DNA from: Octopus bimaculoides
Lineage: Eukaryota
Direction: 5' to 3'
Length of the DNA: 64,000 bases
NCBI RefSeq assembly: GCF_001194135.2
Contig: NC_068982.1
Coordinates: 111,449,156 to 111,513,155 of the forward strand
Position numbers and translations under genes: made by a program. This document shows positions 53,744-64,000 of this stretch, in pieces (the first letter of the stretch is position 1; every line of letters begins with the position of its first letter). The notes below the pieces were generated by a model that had not been told where the DNA came from, made no database searches, and saw only the letters and a list, made by a program, of their open reading frames with translations.

Positions 53744-55295
53744 AAGAACATTGAGTAATTTAGTCTTAGATTTCGTTTAAAATGACGGGATTGTCGCGGC
53801 TTTGGCCGTTAGTTTGTTCGCTCAGGACCGAACTACAACACAGAGAAAGTGATAGGGTTTGACATGTGATATTAGATACTAATTGAATCATTAACGTAAA
53901 TCTTTAAGCAGGATCAGCACCACACGGTATGACAGGATTGGCTGTTTGAACTACATCTACTGCTCTGTATGTGGAGGCGCAATGGCCAAGAGGTTAGGGC
54001 AGTGGACTCGCGGTTTCGATTCCCAGACCGGGCGTTGTGAGTGTTTATTGAGCGAAAACACCTAAAACTCCACGAGGCTCCGGCAGGGGATGGTGGCGAA
54101 CCCTGCTGTACTCTTCCACCACAACTTTCTCTCACTCTTACTTCCTGTTTCTGTTGTGCCTGTAATTCAAAGGGTCAGCCTTGTCACACTGTGTCACGCT
54201 GAATATCCCCGAGAACTACGTTAAGGGTACACNNNNNNNNNNNNNNNNNNNNNNNNNNNNNNNNNNNNNNNNNNNNNNNNNNNNNNNNNNNNNNNNNNNN
54301 NNNNNNNNNNNNNNNNNNNNNNNNNNNNNNNNNNNNNNNNNNNNNNNNNNNNNNNNNNNNNNNNNNNNNNNNNNNNNNNNNNNNNNNNNNNNNNNNNNNN
54401 NNNNNNNNNNNNNNNNNNNNNNNNNNNNNNNNNNNNNNNNNNNNNNNNNNNNNNNNNNNNNNNNNNNNNNNNNNNNNNNNNNNNNNNNNNNNNNNNNNNN
54501 NNNNNNNNNNNNNNNNNNNNNNNNNNNNNNNNNNNNNNNNNNNNNNNNNNNNNNNNNNNNNNNNNNNNNNNNNNNNNNNNNNNNNNNNNNNNNNNNNNNN
54601 NNNNNNNNNNNNNNNNNNNNNNNNNNNNNNNNNNNNNNNNNNNNNNNNNNNNNNNNNNNNNNNNNNNNNNNNNNNNNNNNNNNNNNNNNNNNNNNNNNNN
54701 NNNNNNNNNNNNNNNNNNNNNNNNNNNNNNNNNNNNNNNNNNNNNNNNNNNNNNNNNNNNNNNNNNNNNNNNNNNNNNNNNNNNNNNNNNNNNNNNNNNN
54801 NNNNNNNNNNNNNNNNNNNNNNNNNNNNNNNNNNNNNNNNNNNNNNNNNNNNNNNNNNNNNNNNNNNNNNNNNNNNNNNNNNNNNNNNNNNNNNNNNNNN
54901 NNNNNNNNNNNNNNNNNNNNNNNNNNNNNNNNNNNNNNNNNNNNNNNNNNNNNNNNNNNNNNNNNNNNAGGTTAGGGCAGTGGACTCGCGGTTTCGATTC
55001 CCAGACCGGGCGTTGTGAGTGTTTATTGAGTTGTTCTTTCTTTTGGAAATAACAATTAAACTTCCCTCGGATCACACCCTTCCATCTTAAAACAAAGAAG
55101 AACATTGAGTAATTTAGTCTTAGATTCCGTCTAAAATGACGGGATTGTCGCGACTTTGGCAATTAGTTTGTTCGCTCAGGGCCGAACTACCAAAGTGATA
55201 GAGCTTGACATGTGATGTTAGATACTAATTGAATCATTAACGTAATCTTTAAGCAGGATCAGCACCACACGGTATGACAGGATTGGCTGTTTGAA
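53744..55295 (+). repeat. Local duplication: 53744-53968 versus 55098-55295
   Basis: AAGAACATTGAGTAATTTAGTCTTAGATT...GCAGGATCAGCACCACACGGTATGACAGGATTGGCTGTTTGAA..GCTCTGTAT present twice, roughly 90% identical by eye. Confidence 0.9.
53973..54232 (+). mobile_element. Family D tRNA-derived SINE running into a gap
   Basis: GGAGGCGCAATGGCCAAGAGGTTAGGG (A box), GGTTTCGATTCC (B box), distinct body. 62 nt recur identically at 54969-55030. Confidence 0.75.
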
Positions 55296-55387
55296 TTACA
55301 TCTCCTGCTCTGTATAACAAAATACTAACGTGACGTGATCAACTTTACCATCCTTTTGAGATAAGATTAAATGTCGTGTCGATTTAT

Positions 55388-56225
55388 GGATTTTTCTGAT
55401 TTGGCGGGCGCCACTTGTTTTCTTAACGAAACACTTTCAAACTTGGGACACTGGTAGAATGTGTCATATAAAACATCTTTTACTCTTAGTGCTATTAAGA
55501 AAATTTTATCTTTTTAAAGTAATTTCGTGTCAAAATTGTCGTATTTCGGTAATTTCAACCAATCACTGACGACTATTGACGTGAAAACAATTACCGTTGT
55601 GGAATGTAAACAAAAACGTCCTAACGGTGTAATGGGATCTTTTCCCTTAAATAAAATTAGTGCCGTTGTTTGTCAACAACTATCGGCGGTATTGTTATTT
55701 ATGACATCGTTCGTGCGTTTGTACTGGTTTTGGTTTTAGGGTTAAGGTTCGGGTTTTAGAGTTATGGTTAGGGTTATGAGTATTGGCAAAAATACTCATA
55801 ACCCTAACCCTAACCCTAACCCCAAAACCCTAACCCTAACTCTAAAACCCGAACCCTAATCCTAAAACCCTAAAGCTAAAACCAGTACAAACGCACGAAT
55901 GATGTCATAAATAACAGTACCACCAATAGTTGTTGTTGACAAACAACAGCACTAATTTTGTTCAAGGGAAAAGATCCCATTACACCGCTAGAACGTGTTG
56001 TTTACATTCCACAGCAGTAATTGTTTTCACCTTAATAGACGTCAGTTATTGGTTGAAATTACCGAAATACGACAACTTTTAACATGAAATAACTTCGAAT
56101 ATAAATTTTTTTCACTGTTCTATAAGACAAAATATACAAGTATACGAAGTTTTGAAGTGTTTCGGTAGAAAACACACTAAATAAAACATAAATAAAAAGT
56201 GGCACCCGCCAAATCAGAAAGATCC
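55388..56225. mobile_element. 838-bp palindromic MITE/foldback DNA transposon with 8-bp TSD and central inverted telomere-like repeats
   Basis: Termini GGATTTTTCTGATTTGGCGGGCGCCAC / GTGGCACCCGCCAAATCAGAAAGATCC; arms complementary along their length; TSD CGATTTAT at 55380-55387 and 56226-56233; apex TATGAGTATT-GGCAAA-AATACTCATA. Confidence 0.9.
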
Positions 56226-56684
56226 CGATTTATTTGCCAGTAAATTTCTTTGTAATCGTAATCTTCACTGTTTAAAAGGTATTTGCATAAAATTTCATTA
56301 AAAGATACCTATTTTCCAGAAATTTATGAGGGGGAAAATGTTGGGTCCTGTGAATTTTATGAAACTCTTCTCCCCAACCGCTCAGAACATTTGCAGGAAG
56401 GACTGTTTCAACGAAGTCGCGTATTGTCCTAGCCTTCGAAACGCCGAGTAGATAAAACAGGGACAACTGACGAAGGGGTATACTTTTTATGTTGCATGCC
56501 TCGTTTCTTTGTTTGTTTGTTTCGTTCGAAGAAAGTTCGTTTTCTATGTTTTCGTTTCTCATTGTGTTCAACGTTTTTTGATGCATGTTTATATATACAT
56601 ATATATGTAGGTATGTACATATATGTATGGATATATGCATATATTTATATATTATTTATATTATTATATACATATATATAATCA

Positions 56685-56725
<41 letters not shown>

Positions 56726-56919
56726 ATCACNNNNNNNNNNNNNNNNNNNNNNNNNNNNNNNNNNNNNNNNNNNNNNNNNNNNNNNNNNNNNNNNNNNNNN
56801 NNNNNNNNNNNNNNNNNNNNNNNNNNNNNNNNNNNNNNNNNNNNNNNNNNNNNNNNNNNNNNNNNNNNNNNNNNNNNNNNNNNNNNNNNNNNNNNNNNNN
56901 NNNNNNNNNNNNNNNNNNN

Positions 56920-57022
56920 TCCCACTGCGTGGCACCTTGGGCAAGTGTCTTCTACTATAGCCTCGGGCCGACCAAAGCCTTGTGAGTGGATTTGGTAGAC
57001 GGAAACTGAAAGAAGCCCGTCG

Positions 57023-57053
<31 letters not shown>

Positions 57054-57262
57054 GTGTTTGTGCGTCTGTGTTTGTCCCCCCAACATCGCTTGACAACTGA
57101 TGCTGGTGTGTTTACGTCCCTGTAACTTAGCGGTTCGGCAAAAGAGACCGATAGAATAAGTACTAGGCTTACAAAGAATAAGTCCTGGGGTCGATTTGCT
57201 CGACTAAAGGCGGTGCTCCAGCATGGCCGCAGTCAAATGACTGAAGAGAATAAAAAGTAAAG
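56920..57262 (+). mobile_element. Family A SINE (5' end in the gap)
   Basis: Near-identical to 62168-62535 from the B-box region onward. Confidence 0.9.
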
Positions 57263-57869
57263 AGTATCAGATGGCCTTTGTTGTGTAGCATTCCTCGGAA
57301 TGCTGCATAAATTGTTGACTTTACACTAATGTCTGAAATGAAGATCAGTAATTACGAAATGTAGTTTCAGTTATCTCTATATATCATCTTACTTCTATTG
57401 TATTTAAAATAAATGACTAATTTATATCCTAATGTGAACAACATTACGCATCGGCAACTTTCCGTCTGTACGGCCACGACAGCGGAATGTATGTGTGTTG
57501 ACTGATATGACGAACGGCTGGAGGCGAAACTCTTGACAAAAAACAATGAGGTGGTAGGTCCAAGGTATATAAAAATACACATTTACCGTTCAATTACCAG
57601 TTATTATCGCAGGAGTTGCAAGATATTTACAATTACAAATTAGCAATTCATGCATGTGCTTCTATTTGGTTAATTTGCTTATATTTGGTTACAAATATAA
57701 GCATACAAAAATAAAGATATACTACATGCATACAACTGCTTACAGAAATAGAAATTAATGCATAATTTTTTCTATGTTCATAATTTTTTGTTTACAATAT
57801 TGAAAGATGCCACTAAAGAAAAGATGTAATCTCTCCAGAAACAACTATAAAGCAAAGAGAATTGTAGAA

Positions 57870-58535
57870 AACCGAATGCGAGAATCTCAAGAGAGGAGGG
57901 AGATGAGACTTTCTCAAGATCAGCAAAGGCATGCTGCAGCATGTTAGATGAGGTCTCACTACAGAAGGGAGATGAGACTTTCCCAAGATCGGCAAAGGTA
58001 TGCTGAAGTACGTCAGATGGAGTCTCAATACAGAAGGGAGATGAGACTTTCTCAAGATCATCAAATGCATGCTGTAGCACGTCAGATGGAGTCTCAAGAC
58101 AAACGAGACGACACTTTCTCAAGATCAGTAAACGCATGCTGTAGCACGTCAGACGGAGTCTCAATACAGATGGGAGAAGAAACTTAAAAAAAAATTTCCA
58201 AATGAAACTATTGGCATGTGCTGCTCAGGTGGTAAGGTAAAACTTCCAGCACTACCAGCTCCTCCTCGACCTCTTATAGATCTTCTGGAAGGCACTGCCA
58301 TCCAGTCAAAGAATTTTCTGAACAATATCAAACAATACAACTCTGTATTTCAAATGACATCACTTGGTGCATCTAAGGAGATAGCTGAACATGGATTTAC
58401 GCCAACGTTCAAAGTTCAAGGGCAAGTCTATCACCTCATTGGTTCCGTTACCCACAAATGAACAACCACACTTCCTCCAAATTTACTTCGCGAGTGATGT
58501 AGGACAACAAACCCGAAGGAGGTGTCAAAACTTCA
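57870..58535 (+). pseudogene. Helitron RepHel N-terminal fragment, frameshifted
   Basis: Charged 23-aa repeats, then NETIGMCCSGGKVKLPALPAPP..FLNNIKQYNSVFQMTSLGA..TFKVQGQVYHLIGS / LPTNEQPHFLQIYF, all typical of the region upstream of the Helitron Rep domain. Helitron-like 3' end (CCGGG..CTAG|T) at 58831-58859. Confidence 0.85.
57900..58173 (+). repeat. 69-bp (23-codon) tandem repeat, about 4 copies
   Basis: Units start at 57900, 57969, 58038 and 58107 (GAGATGAGACTTTCTCAAGATC...); the fourth has a 2-nt deletion. Confidence 0.95.
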
Positions 58536-58949
58536 GACGATGGGTCATGTTAGACGCAACGCCGACTGCCGCAAAGGAGAGTATATCCGCTCACAGCTTT
58601 TCGGTGCGTTCAAAAATCACATACCTCCCACCCACAATTTCCCACGACAGGTTAGGGCCTGGAATACTCCAAACGGAAGCATGACATGTCGCTAAGTCGA
58701 ATTAGCACGTCATTTACTCTACAAATGTTTTGTCGTCAAGGCTGCACTCCCTCGTATCACCTCTTTCAACATAACTGTAATATACTGTAATATATATATA
58801 TATATATATATACAAACTATGCCATTTTAATCACGAACAATGCCGGGTATCTCTGCTAGTATTTAATAAAGGAAATGATTTATTATTATTCATTTTTACC
58901 ACACGGGCAATATGAATATGTACATTAGTGTACAGCTATGGTTTCTGAT

Positions 58950-59770
58950 ACAGGCACTAGGCTAGTAATTTTGAGGTAGTGATTAGTCGAGTCGATCGAC
59001 TTCAGAAGTTGAGTAATACATTGTTTTATCGATCTCGAAATGACGAATGGTGAATCTGACCTCAGAACATAAAGAAACAATAAATTCCGCAAAAGTTTTT
59101 TCCCCAGTTCTAACGGATTCTGCTAGCTCGCCGCCTTGACAAAAATAAAATACTGATTTCCTAGTTAGGCACAATCCAGCAACTTTCTAGGAGAGGGCGG
59201 TAGTCGATGCCATCGACTTCAGTACTTGATCGATATTCTATTTTATCGACCCCCAGAAGGATGAAATGCAAAGTTGACTTTGCTGGTATTTGAACTCAGA
59301 TTGTAAAGATCACGAACAAATATCGCAAAACATTTTTCTGACGCTCTAACGATTCTAGTGATTCGTTTCCCGAACAAAAATATAATAATAACAAATAATT
59401 ACGATTTTCTATGTTGTACCATAAATATAAATACCTCGATCACGACGAAAGGCATTTAGTTGATCGATCAACTGAATTCCTACTCGTGAAATTAATGTGT
59501 TAGCAGTTGGGTATTTCAGAGTCATGTACACCCTTAACACTAATCTCTGACCGAGTTTGTGTTACACATTGTTAAAAGGCCAGGCCATTAAATTAGCGAT
59601 ATACTCCAGAGAGAAAGAGAAAAATCAACCCTAGTACTGAACTTGTATTTCTTTTTAACGGTAAAAGCAATGTTGATGTCGGTAGGGTTCCAACCGAGAA
59701 CGTAATGAAGCGGAACGAGTACCTCAAGGTATTTTTTCCAACGCTTTAACGATTCATCCATAATCATTTA
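58950..59770 (-). mobile_element. Cluster of about 3 family C SINEs, CpG-retaining
   Basis: Units near 58950-59140, 59160-59370 and 59630-59760 with TTTTATCGAC, GAACTCAGA, CTCGCCGCCTT. Confidence 0.75.
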
Positions 59771-60009
59771 CGATATATATTGACAAACTTGTTATAGGGT
59801 GAACATCTCAAATCACTGGGATAAATTAGTCATAATAAATAATATAATTTATTACATAACATAGATACAGAAGAAGAAACAGCTAATTATAATTGAATCC
59901 TCTACTTGACTGGCATTATTTTATCCGAAAAGGTCAGAAGTAAAATTGATGCAGACATGGTTTGGAATAACTAATACTAAATAGAAGTCCAGTCCAAAAA
60001 CAAACCTAA

Positions 60010-60200
60010 GAGCCTCTCCACGGGCGCCCGATATTCTAGAAATAACAGCTAACTTCCTTTGAAAATCCTACCGTATCTTAAAAAAAGAAGACCAACATAT
60101 TGCATTGGGCTCATAAGCACCCTGGGCTTGGAGAAAGTCGGGATGGTCATGGCTGGAATATCTTTGGTCATACGTCTGGTCGATCAAAGCTTTCTTGAGG
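60010..60200 (+). repeat. Dispersed repeat family E (SINE-like, unclassified)
   Basis: GAAATAACAGC..CCTACCGTATCTTAAAAA..GGATGGTCATGGCTGGAAT..TTTGGTCATA motif. Related copies near 22500, 27820, 47330 (-), 49920, 50110, 55050, 61140 and 61370. Confidence 0.6.
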
Positions 60201-62167
60201 CAAAATAAATGTAGGAGAGTTACCCACCCACTTCGATGGCGTTTCAAATCATGTATATACTGAAGCTATTTATTTAAAATTAATAAAATAAAAAATTACA
60301 TTTTGTTACGTTTATTCAATTATATCGATAACATTGATTTCAACCATTTCAAAATTAACCCCTGTCGCTGTAATTTCTCGGTTTCTTGCCATTATACCCT
60401 CCCTTCCACTTAATAGTTCAGTGGCGTTCCTATTTATAATGAGACGCTGAGGGCACCAGCTTTTGCCTTTCAGAGTAAAGCCGAGCGCGTGAGGTCACGT
60501 CCACAGTGACAGCGTTTCAATCCTCTCGCGTTCCTCGATATCCAGAAAGTTTATATATATATTTTTTTCATAGCGAAATTTTACAGACTTTTGGTAAGAA
60601 GACATTATCGAAGAAGACAGAATATCCGTAGAAGGGATAAATTCTTTTTTTTTTTAAGTCACGTCGTCTTTGCCATTGAAGCCAACATTTTGGTGTTCTC
60701 TTTGTTAGGTTCTTATTCTGAATAATTTGCTTTGTTATCAATTAATGCAATTGTGATTCTAATTCTGTTCACAAAGGAAAAAAAATAAAAGAAAAAAAGT
60801 TTTACGAACGGCAACACTTTGTGATAAGCAACAAACAAGAAATATAAATATTCTGAGAAGATCTGTAAGTATTTTAATTGTTAGATTTTTTTTATTTGAT
60901 AACATTAACTTCATATATGTAGTAGGGTCGAATCGATCAACTTGTATCACTTCTCTGATAATTTGTTGTAAGCGCCATTGCGAGAAATTAATGTGTACGT
61001 TAGTTATTAAGCTTTATTCAGAGCTAACAGTTTACTTTACCTAATTTTTATTATTGTTTGTCCTGTCGACATTACAAGAAATAAATTTTTTTCTTTAGAT
61101 ACACGATTTTGAGATGTATTCTTAGAAATAGTAATTTATAGTAACTTGGAGATAAGCTCTCAGAAAGAGATGACCTAGTTTCACGACCAACTAGAGACAA
61201 GTCAGACCCATCGTTTTAAGCAAGGAAGGACACGTTACGTGTAATTTGAGATATTCCTAGATGGATGAGATTGTTATGGCTTTGAGCAGAGGTCTGCTCA
61301 TCAAGAACGATCTAAAGTTAAACAACTTTCATCACTAATGACCAGTTTTACTTCTGACAAGCCAATAAGGGGTCTCTATGTAGTCACCCGATTTTCATAA
61401 AATAGCAGCTGAATTTCTATCAAATACACCTCAGCCTTACCCTATCTAAACAAAATTGAAGAATACATTGGATAATGAAGTTCTCGATATATTATCGGGA
61501 AAAAAAGACAGGATGGTCAAGGCTGGAATTATCGGTTAAAAGAACAACTTTTCTAAACAATTTGCGTAGCATGACTACGATTTCAAGTGAAGCTTAGTCT
61601 CAGGGGAATATCCATCCAGTGGTGCAATGATGCCCTTGGCGCCAGAGCAAGCCCACACATGCTGCGAGGCAATGCAACAAAGCTTCTATGAGAAAGGAAC
61701 CTTGTTGTACACGATACCAATGGTAGAACCGAAATCCTAGATAGAAGTTCCATCATATTCCTTGGTGAGCGACAAAATGGAACATGTCCCCAGCACACAA
61801 CACTTACTGTGGGGAGCAACCTGACAACCAATACGGATTGAAAATCAGTGACATGACCCGGAATATTTCCATGTCTGATCCCCTCTCCTTGATAGCCCCT
61901 GCGCTCCCTGTTATCGAAGAAGATTCAAAATTGTCCGCTGCTAATGCACTTCTGCAAGATCCACCAGATGACCAGGCGAAGGACTGAGCCATACCGGATG
62001 ACCGGTTGAAGAATTGGGCCATAGCAAGACGTCGTCCTCTGAGGTGTACGTTAATCGAGAATGAAGATGGCCTGGGATGTTCTATATTTTCTTTTGAATG
62101 TTGTAGCCAGTCATTTTCGCATTTTTACAACCCATGGATTTAGCTCATTCCCTTGATCACCGGCATA

Positions 62168-62534
62168 GGCGCGGGAGTGGCTGTGTGGTAAGTAGCTTGC
62201 TTACCAACCACATGATTCCGGGTTCAGTCCCACTGCGTAGCACCTTGGGCAAGTGTCTTCTACTATAACCTCGGGCCGACCAAAGCCTTGTGAGTGGATT
62301 TGGTAGACGGAAACTGAAAGAAGCCAGTCGTATATATACGTGTGTTTGTGTTTGTCCCCCAACATCGCTTGACAACCGATGCAGGTGTGTTTACGTCCCC
62401 GTAACTTAGCGGTTCGGCCTAAGAGACCGATAGAATAAGTACTAGACTTACAAAGAATAAGTTCTGGGGTCGATTTGCTAGACTAAAGACGGTTCTCCAG
62501 CATGGCCGCAGTCAAATGACTGAAACAAATAAGA

Positions 62535-62535
<1 letters not shown>
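62168..62535 (+). mobile_element. Family A SINE, full length, young
   Basis: GGCGCGGGAGTGGCTGTGTGGTAAG head, GGGTTCAGTCCC B box, CCTTGGGCAAGTGTC CORE-like segment, tail GACTGAAACAAATAAGAG then (TA)n. Confidence 0.9.
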
Positions 62536-62572
<37 letters not shown>

Positions 62573-63640
62573 ATAAATGTAATATACAACTATTTAACAT
62601 TTCAGAGCAGGGTTCATTAACCTTCCAAACTCTGTTTTTTATTATTATATATACATGTGAACATGGTTAGTTGAGCACTTAATGGGATCCAAATACAATA
62701 ATTAATACGGTTGAATCATTTTTATGGCTTTCACTTTAAAATATTGATCACTTCTGGTTTACAGAGTAACTGAGAGGACAACCTGATAAATGTCTTGTAT
62801 ATTATTATGGTGGAGATGGAGTATATGTAATCTGGGTATACCCCCACTTTTAAATTTTGTTTTTTTTACGGAATCCTATGTTTCACCATTATTATTTAGT
62901 TCTGTTTTGGAGCTTACCTACAATTGGTACAAATTTTTGTCCAGTACCATTGCAGTTGGCCGATGCGGTTTTCATCTTAAATACACAATGTTTTTCACGC
63001 CCCAGAAGGAAATTGAATCTAGCTCTACCCTGTATACCACCGCTCGAGGCTTGACACAACAACAGAATTTATAGATGCTATGGCCAGGTAGATAAAAAAA
63101 ACCTGGTTGTTAGTGATCCGATTGTATTTAGAAGTAATGATTTTTAAACGTTGGTAACTTGAAGAGAAAGGGATAGAGACCCATTGAAAAAAAATCAGTT
63201 TTTTAACTGGTACTTGCTTACTGCTTATGACAGCACACCAAAGCGTCGATCCAAAACATTCATACTCCTCTGCCACCTGCACATCGTTTCGCAGAGGAGC
63301 GGATGTGACTGAGAAGACCGATAAGAGATGAGCAGATCCTGTGGCGCTGACAATAGACATGCTTAACCACAATTAGAGTTGAAAAGAGAATTTAAAGGGA
63401 CATAACTCTATACTTAGAGGTGTTCTATTTCTGCTAATTACTGACGTCTAAGTTCATCAATTTATGCCTTGCTTTCTACCTCCACTCTCTTCATACATTC
63501 TTGCAGCATCTCCACTCATCTTTGCCAATCTTCTTTCCCAACTCTAATATTCATCTTTTTGTGCCTTAAGAGCACATTCTTGATATCTCATCACCATTTT
63601 TATCTCTTTTTCCATCTTCACCCTGACTCTCACCCGCACT

Positions 63641-63967
63641 AATCGACCCCAGGACTTATTCTTTGTAAGCCTAGTACTTATTCTATCGGTCTCTTTTGCC
63701 GAACCGCTAAGTTACGGGGACGTAAACACACCACCATCGGTTGTCAAGCGATGTTGGGGGGACAAACACAAACACATACACACACATACACATATAAATA
63801 TATACGACAGGCTTCTTTCAGTTTCCGTCTACCAAATCCACTCACAAGGCTTTGGTCGGCCCGAGGCTATAGTAGAAGGCACTTGCCCAAGATGCCACGC
63901 AGTGGGAGTGAACCCGGAACCATGCGGTTGGTAAGCAAGCTACTTACCACACAGCCACTCCTGCGCC
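63641..63967 (-). mobile_element. Family A SINE, 3'-truncated
   Basis: Reverse complement of family A from the head to the GGGGTCGAT motif. Confidence 0.9.
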
Positions 63968-64000
63968 TATATGTATATGTATATATATATGTATATATAT

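Noticed and set aside
55730-55880. Ancient chromosome end or telomere fusion site
   Set aside because: The tracts are short, degenerate and enclosed in a TSD-flanked palindromic element, so transposon origin explains them.
52835-57415. 19-nt match CTATTGTATTTAAAATAAA downstream of two SINEs (near 52835 and 57395)
   Set aside because: Very AT-rich with no extended alignment; probably chance.
57778-58164. Minus-strand repetitive 128-aa and 94-aa ORFs
   Set aside because: Antisense shadows of the 69-bp Helitron repeat.

Overview
AT-rich, microsatellite-rich, gapped (6 N-runs) animal genomic DNA. The repeat content suggests a coleoid cephalopod, probably Octopus (inference, no database search). 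The only host coding sequence I can support is exon 1 of a classical dynamin gene (minus strand, 32333-32496). The 32 kb to its left shows no further dynamin exon and is read as a very large intron 1. The rest is transposon-derived: at least four SINE or SINE-like families, RTE and L1/Tx1 LINE relics, two decayed Helitron RepHel fragments, one non-coding Helitron with intact termini, and several long palindromes. Most notable: (1) a tRNA-headed SINE whose tail folds as a minimal type I hammerhead ribozyme one core base from consensus; (2) two such SINEs head-to-head around a 134-bp copy of nearby DNA, the whole block flanked by one 12-bp direct repeat; (3) an 838-bp palindromic element with an exact 8-bp TSD and inverted telomere-like repeats at its centre; (4) CpG-retention domains hinting at an unrecognised gene body at about 34-50 kb. 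Most repeat boundaries were set by eye and are approximate.
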